Shown: piece by piece, positions 57,890 to 64,000 of the stretch | How the letters are laid out: every line of letters begins with the position of its first letter | Position numbering within the stretch: position 1 is the stretch's first letter | Virus record (IMG/VR): IMGVR_UViG_3300017788_004205 | Coordinates: 22,813-86,812 of that record | DNA length: 64,000 nt | Direction: 5' to 3' (one strand) | Origin: a virus | Program-made: the position numbers and the translations under genes | Notes under the pieces: model-generated | The model's input: only the letters and a program-made list of their open reading frames with translations | Database searches by the model: none | Told to the model about the DNA's origin: nothing

Positions 57890-59704
57890 ATGATAACCTT
57901 TCAAGAATTAATAAATAGTCGTGGCGATGATTTTATAAATCGTCTTTTTACAATGCCAGTCACAGTCTATGAAAAACTGGATGCTTCTCAATTTAGTTTT
58001 GAGAAAGATGAAGATGGAGTTTTTAGTTTTTACAAACAAGGTCAAAACACACCTATATCAAAAATTGATATTACTCTTTCTCAATATTACAATGGAGCTA
58101 TAAAGTATATCCAAAATTTACCGCTCGATAAGATTAAACTTATTCCTGCTAATTGGAGATTTTGTTGTGAATACTTTATTGATAAATCTCCTATCTATAT
58201 ATCCTATGATAAAATGCCGAAAAATGGATTAGTGCTTATTAACATCATAGACAATAGCACAAAAGAAAAAAAGGTGTTAGATAATAAGGTTTTCTTGAGC
58301 GAATGGTCTGAGTTTTTAGATATTGAATATCCTCCTCTTATTTTCCAAGGTATGCTTGGTGAAGACCAGAAGACAAAAATTTTAGAATTTATCAGAACTC
58401 CAAAAACACAGTTAAAGGAAAAATTTGAGACAAACTCATTTATTAGACATCTTCTTTCTATCTTAGACCCAGAAAGAAAATCTTCATTTCTGAGAGATTC
58501 TGATAGAGGTTTGATTGAAGGTGTTATATTTCGTTTTGAAAATGATGATGAATCATATACAGCTAAAATTATAGACCCTATTTTTTACACAAGAAAAATA
58601 GAAAACCCTGAACATAAATCATCAAAACCTTCTGATGTTTATTGGTTAACCTTAATTGATGTAATTGAATATCTCCAAGGAGTTAAGATTAAAAATCTTT
58701 TACCTGAGGGAGAAACCCCTGAAGAAAAATATTTAGATATTATCTGTAAAATATTCAATCCATTTATTCAAAAATATGGTGGTAAATTCAAAGGTGTTGA
58801 TTTTGAACTTCCAAGTTTTATGCAAAAAGAAGCTTTCAGAGTTGGATTAGAGTATATTCCAAATAAAGAAACATCTCGCCTTATTTCAGAAGATGAAAGC
58901 TGGCAAAATGTTTTCAAAGTATTTTTAGCCGCATTTAGAAAAAAGAAAAAAGGAACTAATAATCTTTTCACGGATTATGTATTAAATAGATTCAACCAAA
59001 TTGTAGATGAAATTGCATCAGAGTGCAATACAGACACGGATTTTGAAGATGACGGCGAAACTGGTTTGATGACATTTGATGAAATGAAAAGATATGGTAA
59101 AATAACAGATGTTGCAGAATCAGAAGAAATACCTCAGAAGGCCACTCAAAGAGAACTCAGTCCGATTGAGAAACAAATGATTCTTTTCAAAGAAGAAGGG
59201 CATTCATACAATAGAGAAACGATTTCTGTATGTGCAATTATTGATAGTTTTGAATTCTTTACAAATGAGCATTTAGAAATGCTACAAGAATTAACTTCAA
59301 ATGGTAAAACAAAGTGTATTTTAGTGAACATTAGAACCAACTATAATCAAACACAAGAAGATGTTCAAATGAGAATGCTTGATAATATTGAAAGAGAATA
59401 TAGAACTCTTATTGAGAATGTTATAAATGTTAGAATTCCTGATATATCTGAAATTCTTTCTGTTTTACTTTACAAAGGATATGAGCCAAATCAAATTATT
59501 GTTCAAAATAGTTATAGAACATTTTTTGATAAAATGATTGAATCATCAGATTTACATGGTGTTTCATTTGAAGTGAAAACTTTGAAAAAAGACCCAGATT
59601 ATGTAAAACTCTATAAATATGTAATGCAGAATTCTTGGGCTGATTTCAGAAAGCATGTCCCAAATCCAGTATTAAACTATTTTGAGGCATTCAAAAGCAA
59701 ATAA
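57890..59704 (+). CDS. RNA/DNA ligase-like nucleotidyltransferase domain fused to a degenerate HIGH-type domain
   Basis: YEKLDAS (motif I-like), CEYF, IEGVIFRF, TAKII; C-terminal AIIDSFEFFTNEH resembles GRFQPFHxGH; starts MITFQELI. Confidence 0.55.
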   Translation: MITFQELINSRGDDFINRLFTMPVTVYEKLDASQFSFEKDEDGVFSFYKQGQNTPISKIDITLSQYYNGAIKYIQNLPLDKIKLIPANWRFCCEYFIDKSPIYISYDKMPKNGLVLINIIDNSTKEKKVLDNKVFLSEWSEFLDIEYPPLIFQGMLGEDQKTKILEFIRTPKTQLKEKFETNSFIRHLLSILDPERKSSFLRDSDRGLIEGVIFRFENDDESYTAKIIDPIFYTRKIENPEHKSSKPSDVYWLTLIDVIEYLQGVKIKNLLPEGETPEEKYLDIICKIFNPFIQKYGGKFKGVDFELPSFMQKEAFRVGLEYIPNKETSRLISEDESWQNVFKVFLAAFRKKKKGTNNLFTDYVLNRFNQIVDEIASECNTDTDFEDDGETGLMTFDEMKRYGKITDVAESEEIPQKATQRELSPIEKQMILFKEEGHSYNRETISVCAIIDSFEFFTNEHLEMLQELTSNGKTKCILVNIRTNYNQTQEDVQMRMLDNIEREYRTLIENVINVRIPDISEILSVLLYKGYEPNQIIVQNSYRTFFDKMIESSDLHGVSFEVKTLKKDPDYVKLYKYVMQNSWADFRKHVPNPVLNYFEAFKSK

Positions 59705-59721
59705 AAACATAACCAATAGAA

Positions 59722-60555
59722 ATGGGTAAAATTAAAAACTTTTCGGAATATCATAATATTGAAGAATCTCAAATTCTACTTGAAAAAACATTCAATATAG
59801 AGTCTGATGTTGATTTGATTTATGAAAAGGGTGGATTTTCTGAATTCTTAAAAGCATTTACTGCTGGCGAAAAGCCATATGAAGATGAATTAAATTCTAT
59901 CCAGAAGATTAAACATATAGTTTTTGATTTAATACCATCCTCCGAATTACAAACAGAAGATTGTATTAATGCACATAGACAAAATCCTATTGATATTTAC
60001 ACTGGGATAACTATAATGGGAAGTCACTATTCTCCTACTAATAAAACTATATTCATCTCATTGAACTCAAGTGCTTTAGATGTTAATTATTCTGGTGATA
60101 TTCATTACATAAGTTCTTCTCAAAAAGAAACAATCTATAATGAAATTACAGAGCAAAGAATTAAAATAGCAATACATCATGAACTATCACATTGGATAAG
60201 TGACTCGCTTTACAATAAACACATTGGGAGAATTATAAATAGAGGGCTTGAATTACAAAATAATGACATAATTAAATTAAAGCAAAAAGATGTTAATATG
60301 ACATATTTTGAAATTGATGCTCAAGTACACTCTATCAAAGAATTAAAAAGAAATTATGATGAAAGAGAATGGAATGAACTATCTTTAAGAGATATAATGA
60401 TTAAATACCCATCTCTTTCTGCTGTTTATAAAGAATTAAAATCAAAGCATGGTTTAGATGTTGCTTTACTATGGCAAAAGAATTTAACAAAAAGACTATA
60501 CAGAGAAGGTCTATTGGGTAACAATATGAAACAATTTGTAAGAGATTTTGTTTAA
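59722..60555 (+). CDS. Putative HEXXH zinc metallopeptidase with a CTS-like start
   Basis: MGKIKNFSEYHNIEE; IHHELSHW; YFEIDAQ. Confidence 0.7.
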   Translation: MGKIKNFSEYHNIEESQILLEKTFNIESDVDLIYEKGGFSEFLKAFTAGEKPYEDELNSIQKIKHIVFDLIPSSELQTEDCINAHRQNPIDIYTGITIMGSHYSPTNKTIFISLNSSALDVNYSGDIHYISSSQKETIYNEITEQRIKIAIHHELSHWISDSLYNKHIGRIINRGLELQNNDIIKLKQKDVNMTYFEIDAQVHSIKELKRNYDEREWNELSLRDIMIKYPSLSAVYKELKSKHGLDVALLWQKNLTKRLYREGLLGNNMKQFVRDFV

Positions 60556-60590
60556 TTCTCTTGAATATTTTTGTCCAAAGGAGATTTGAT

Positions 60591-60761
60591 ATGAAAAAAT
60601 ACAACTATGGCCATATTCTTGAAGTTTGGAAAGAACCAAGAATTGATTATGTAGAAAGTGTGAGGTTTAACAAAAGAAAACGAATATTGAAATTAATGTG
60701 GATTTCAATTGGATTGATTCTCGCCTTAGGCATAGTTTCCACAATATATCAAATATTTTAA
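60591..60761 (+). CDS. Small membrane protein
   Basis: ATG 60591 with AAGGAG upstream; one C-terminal TM helix after a basic patch. Confidence 0.6.
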   Translation: MKKYNYGHILEVWKEPRIDYVESVRFNKRKRILKLMWISIGLILALGIVSTIYQIF

Positions 60762-60787
60762 CGAGCTTTGTAAATTAAAAACGTATT

Positions 60788-61408
60788 ATGAAATACATAA
60801 AAAGATTAGAATTATTTAACAATCATTCATGTGTGAATGAGACTAATAATACACTTGACAAATATAATTGGCCTCCTATTCCAACTGATATCCACTCTTT
60901 GTCATTAGAAGAGATGTCAAAAATGTTTGGTTATATTCAGTGGAAAAAAGGAAGTGGGGATAAAATCATTGTAACCAATAATTTCATTAAAGAAAACATA
61001 ATGGATATAGAATTACCTCAACTTGCAAAAATAAAAAATCCACCAAGAACATTTAGAATAAAATGCCATAAACTTGCGGTTGTTCCTATTTTAAGATTGT
61101 GGGAAGAATGGGAAAAGGCAGGTTTACTAAATAGAATTGAGAGGTGGCATGGTTGTCATAATGCAAGAGTCCAAAGAAATTCTAAAACTACCCTAAGTAA
61201 TCATGCTTGGGGGACGGCTTTTGATATAAATAGAGAAACAAATGATTTAGACCGAATGCCTCCAGCTGTGGGTGAAAGAGGCTCGGTTAGAGAATTAGTT
61301 CCTATAGCAAATAAATTAGGATTTTACTGGGGTGGACATTTTTCTAAAAGAAAAGATGGTATGCATTTTGAACTATCTACACTTGGAGATAGACAAATTA
61401 TTATGTGA
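60788..61408 (+). CDS. Stand-alone M15 (M15C-like) peptidoglycan peptidase, paralog of the 26116 catalytic domain; CTS-like start
   Basis: MKYIKRLELF..VNE; DKYNWP; LSNHAWGTAFDIN; YWGGHF..KDGMHFE. Confidence 0.85.
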   Translation: MKYIKRLELFNNHSCVNETNNTLDKYNWPPIPTDIHSLSLEEMSKMFGYIQWKKGSGDKIIVTNNFIKENIMDIELPQLAKIKNPPRTFRIKCHKLAVVPILRLWEEWEKAGLLNRIERWHGCHNARVQRNSKTTLSNHAWGTAFDINRETNDLDRMPPAVGERGSVRELVPIANKLGFYWGGHFSKRKDGMHFELSTLGDRQIIM

Positions 61409-61432
61409 AATAAATTTTACAATAATATAAAA

Positions 61433-62062
61433 ATGGAACATAAACACCTTTCTAATTTTTTAAAAGAAGATGAGCGTGATTTAATTATTGAATATGTGAA
61501 TTCTATAAATCACAAAAGCAAAGCATATAATAAACATTTGAAGCATCTTGTTAGAAAGTTACAAGGCAGTGCTCATATGTATGATATTTCAAAAAATAAA
61601 ATAACAAAAGAAATAACAACATATCAATCGGGTGGAAATGATGTGATGAAAGAAGAGTTGTCTGAAATCTTCTATACAATACAAGAAAGAATAACAAAAA
61701 CTATTGGAATACTCAATCAAAACTCCTTCTTACAAATTGTAGATATGAATAAAGGAGGTGTAGTCGGTGCTCATTATGATGCATCTCTTGATGGTTATGT
61801 GAACTATAAATGTAATATAAGTCTTATGGCTGAAGATTATACATTTGTTATAGACAATAAAGAACTTCTAATAAAAGAGGGGGATTTATATTCCTTTGAA
61901 GCATCTTTATACAAGCATTGGACTTTGAAACCTTTTACATCAAGAAGACTTTTACTCAGTTATGGATTCATACTCCCATATAAAGAATTAGAAAGAAATG
62001 AAGATGACCCAAGAGTTAGATTAAGCAAAAGAATAAAAAGAATGTTTCAGCGTTCTAAATAA
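61433..62062 (+). CDS. 2OG-Fe(II) oxygenase-like protein
   Basis: VGAHYD...GDLYSFEAS.YKHW..R..LSYGF. Confidence 0.65.
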   Translation: MEHKHLSNFLKEDERDLIIEYVNSINHKSKAYNKHLKHLVRKLQGSAHMYDISKNKITKEITTYQSGGNDVMKEELSEIFYTIQERITKTIGILNQNSFLQIVDMNKGGVVGAHYDASLDGYVNYKCNISLMAEDYTFVIDNKELLIKEGDLYSFEASLYKHWTLKPFTSRRLLLSYGFILPYKELERNEDDPRVRLSKRIKRMFQRSK

Positions 62063-62088
62063 TAGTTTTGAAAAATAAGAATTGAAAG

Positions 62089-62667
62089 ATGATTTACTAC
62101 ACATCAGATTGGCACTTAGGAGATGATAGATTAGGGCTAAATGGAAAACCTAATGTATTTTATAGGCCTTTTTCTTCGGTGGAAGAAAGCAACAAAACAA
62201 TTATGAGCAATCTTTACAAAGACTTCAAAGATGGTGATATTCTTTGGCATCTTGGGGATGTGATTGTAGATGATTTAAAGAGTTCTGAAGCACATTTAGA
62301 GCAAATGCGAACAATGTATCCAAATTCTCAATTTAACCTCGTATTGGGCAATTATGACACAGATAAGGTGAATATACTATCAAAGTATTTCCATAATATC
62401 CATGAAGAGTTCAATCTTGTTAGTTTTTCTGATAATTTAATGATTTACCTAAACCATTATCCTTCAAAATGCAAGGAAAAGATAGAAGAAGATTCAGAAT
62501 ATACATTTGCAATTACTGGGCATATTCATAGTCTTTGGAAAGTTCAAAGAAATATAATTAATGTAGGAGTGGATGCTTGGCATTTCAAACCAGTCTCTCA
62601 TAGTGAAATTATGTTTTGCTGGAATGCTATGAAGAATCATTATGATGGAGATGTTTTTTTGTATTGA
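62089..62667 (+). CDS. Calcineurin-like metallophosphoesterase
   Basis: TSDWHLG, HLGDV, GNYD, HYP, GHIH, NVGVD. Confidence 0.85.
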   Translation: MIYYTSDWHLGDDRLGLNGKPNVFYRPFSSVEESNKTIMSNLYKDFKDGDILWHLGDVIVDDLKSSEAHLEQMRTMYPNSQFNLVLGNYDTDKVNILSKYFHNIHEEFNLVSFSDNLMIYLNHYPSKCKEKIEEDSEYTFAITGHIHSLWKVQRNIINVGVDAWHFKPVSHSEIMFCWNAMKNHYDGDVFLY

Positions 62668-62708
62668 ACATTTTTAACTTTTTTCCTATAATTACTTGTA
62701 ATTTACTT

Positions 62709-62849
62709 ATGGGAAATAGAATGAAGTCCTCTGAAAAAATACAAGAACTTGATAGAAAATTCGAAAAATTGGATGGAAAAGTTTTGTTTTTGATTTCTAT
62801 AACTTCCATTGAATTTATCCTTATACTAATCTTATTTTTTAGAAAATGA
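62709..62849 (+). CDS. Small membrane protein
   Basis: Coiled segment followed by VLFLISITSIEFILILILFF; start uncertain. Confidence 0.5.
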   Translation: MGNRMKSSEKIQELDRKFEKLDGKVLFLISITSIEFILILILFFRK

Positions 62850-63065
62850 CAGACGAACTAAAAAAAAGAATGGATTGAAGAACAGAGAAAGCAAATTCAA
62901 CTTGTCAATCCTAACATAATCCCCATAAATCCTATAATAGGATTTTTCTTCAAAGTCAATGGAATAGAAATTCCTGAGAATCTTTTCAAAGAAGAGTTTG
63001 ATGTTATATCAAGTGCTTACTTTTCAGTTCTCGAAAAATTGAATTCTGAACAAATCAAAGGATAA
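62846..63065 (+). pseudogene. Small gene frameshifted in an A8 tract
   Basis: ATGA-coupled start gives only MTDELKKRMD*; removing one A from 62860-62867 gives a 72-aa ORF ending at TAA 63063-63065. Confidence 0.55.
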
Positions 63066-63069
63066 TCTG

Positions 63070-63435
63070 ATGAATACTTTATTACAAAAAGAATGTGTAA
63101 CATACACTCAAGCAAAAAAACTCCAAACTTTAGGATTTAATGATTCCCATTGTTTTGCTTATTACAATGGAGATAATTTAAATTTAAATGGCGGTAGTCA
63201 TAAAAATAAACACATAGGAACCATAAATACTTATGTGGCAGATAATATGATTCCAGCCCCTACATATCAAGGAGCATTTCGTTGGATTAGAGAAAAGTTT
63301 GGATTTCATCATCTTGCTTTAATGAATAGATTTTATATCGATAGAGGATTTACCTTTGAAGAGTCTGAATCAAAATGCTTAAACGAGCTTCTTAAAAAAA
63401 TAGAAACTGAAGAGTCTATTCAAATTCATATTTAA
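63070..63435 (+). CDS. Hypothetical phage protein
   Basis: VTYTQAKKLQTLGF..APTYQGAFRWIREK. Confidence 0.65.
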   Translation: MNTLLQKECVTYTQAKKLQTLGFNDSHCFAYYNGDNLNLNGGSHKNKHIGTINTYVADNMIPAPTYQGAFRWIREKFGFHHLALMNRFYIDRGFTFEESESKCLNELLKKIETEESIQIHI

Positions 63436-63451
63436 CATTAAATATACTAAA

Positions 63452-64000
63452 ATGAATCATAAAGAATTACATAATGTACCTTCAATTGCTTTTGAACATT
63501 TTATTGTAGCAATAGGTATAAGAGAAGGGTATAAACAAAGGGTGTTAGACTGGTGGAATGAAAATAAAAGCCACATCAACATTTACTATTTTCCTTTCAA
63601 AACAAATATAATAATGGGCGGTTGCGTTATCTCAAGCGACTCAATTGCCGTAAACTCCAACTTTGACAATAATCCAGAGAACTTGCTTTATGTGGCATTA
63701 CACGAAAGTGCCCACGCCCAACAGGAACTTGAAGGCAGACTTTCTCCTTATTTCGATACAGTTGTTCAAAATAATTTAGAGCAGTTTTTAGAGGTCTATA
63801 AAACTCTTGAAGTAGAAGCGAATGATTTTGCTCATAATGCTATGGTAGAATTGGGTTTTGATAGCTTTATAATTCAATATGAAAGTTCTTTAAGATTTAA
63901 TGAGCTTGCAGGTCAGATGGTATTTGAGACTATGAAACGAGAAATAGAAAAAAACAATCCAACTAATTTTATGGAAATGTTTGAAAAAATGATATTCTAA
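63452..64000 (+). CDS. Putative HEXXH metallopeptidase-like protein
   Basis: VALHESAHAQQ...EVEANDFA; stop at the window end. Confidence 0.65.
   Translation: MNHKELHNVPSIAFEHFIVAIGIREGYKQRVLDWWNENKSHINIYYFPFKTNIIMGGCVISSDSIAVNSNFDNNPENLLYVALHESAHAQQELEGRLSPYFDTVVQNNLEQFLEVYKTLEVEANDFAHNAMVELGFDSFIIQYESSLRFNELAGQMVFETMKREIEKNNPTNFMEMFEKMIF

Noticed and set aside
60591-61408. Holin-endolysin lysis cassette
   Set aside because: A single-TM small ORF beside a peptidase is insufficient evidence; no spanins seen, and the peptidase has a CTS-like start
1-64000. Stop-codon reassignment as seen in some jumbo phages
   Set aside because: Core genes (portal, UvsW, primase, SSB) are full length in the standard code and coding density is high
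1-64000. tRNA or rRNA genes, introns, inteins
   Set aside because: None recognised by eye; intergenic gaps are short and core genes are of normal length. tRNAscan-SE and Infernal were not run.

Overview
This AT-rich 64-kb window comes from a large T4-like (jumbo) tailed phage that uses the standard genetic code. Recognisable T4-type core genes are dispersed through it: gp26-like hub, gp53-like wedge, gp4, gp2, portal gp20, SSB gp32, primase gp61, UvsY and UvsW. It also encodes a Gly-X-Gln collagen-like fibre and auxiliary enzymes (RuvC-like nuclease, two GT2s, Hsp20, UvrD helicase, amidoligase, PRTase, flavoprotein, methyltransferase, 2OG oxygenase, phosphoesterase). Two promoter classes can be read from the DNA: GATATATA about 30-47 nt before many starts (a candidate late promoter) and TTGAAC-N17-TATAA(T/C) (sigma70-like). 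The main observation is that more than 20 otherwise unrelated proteins start with a peptide resembling the T4 capsid-targeting sequence (hydrophobic-x-[FY]-x-x-[FY]...[LIV]-x-E). The densest group is a ~19-kb cassette directly after the portal gene. It holds two paralogous families (helical proteins ending in peptidoglycan-binding domains, and membrane-segment proteins), two M15 wall peptidases and an ankyrin protein. I infer a capsid-packaged, protease-matured cargo system delivered into the host. All calls come from motif recognition by eye; no searches were run.
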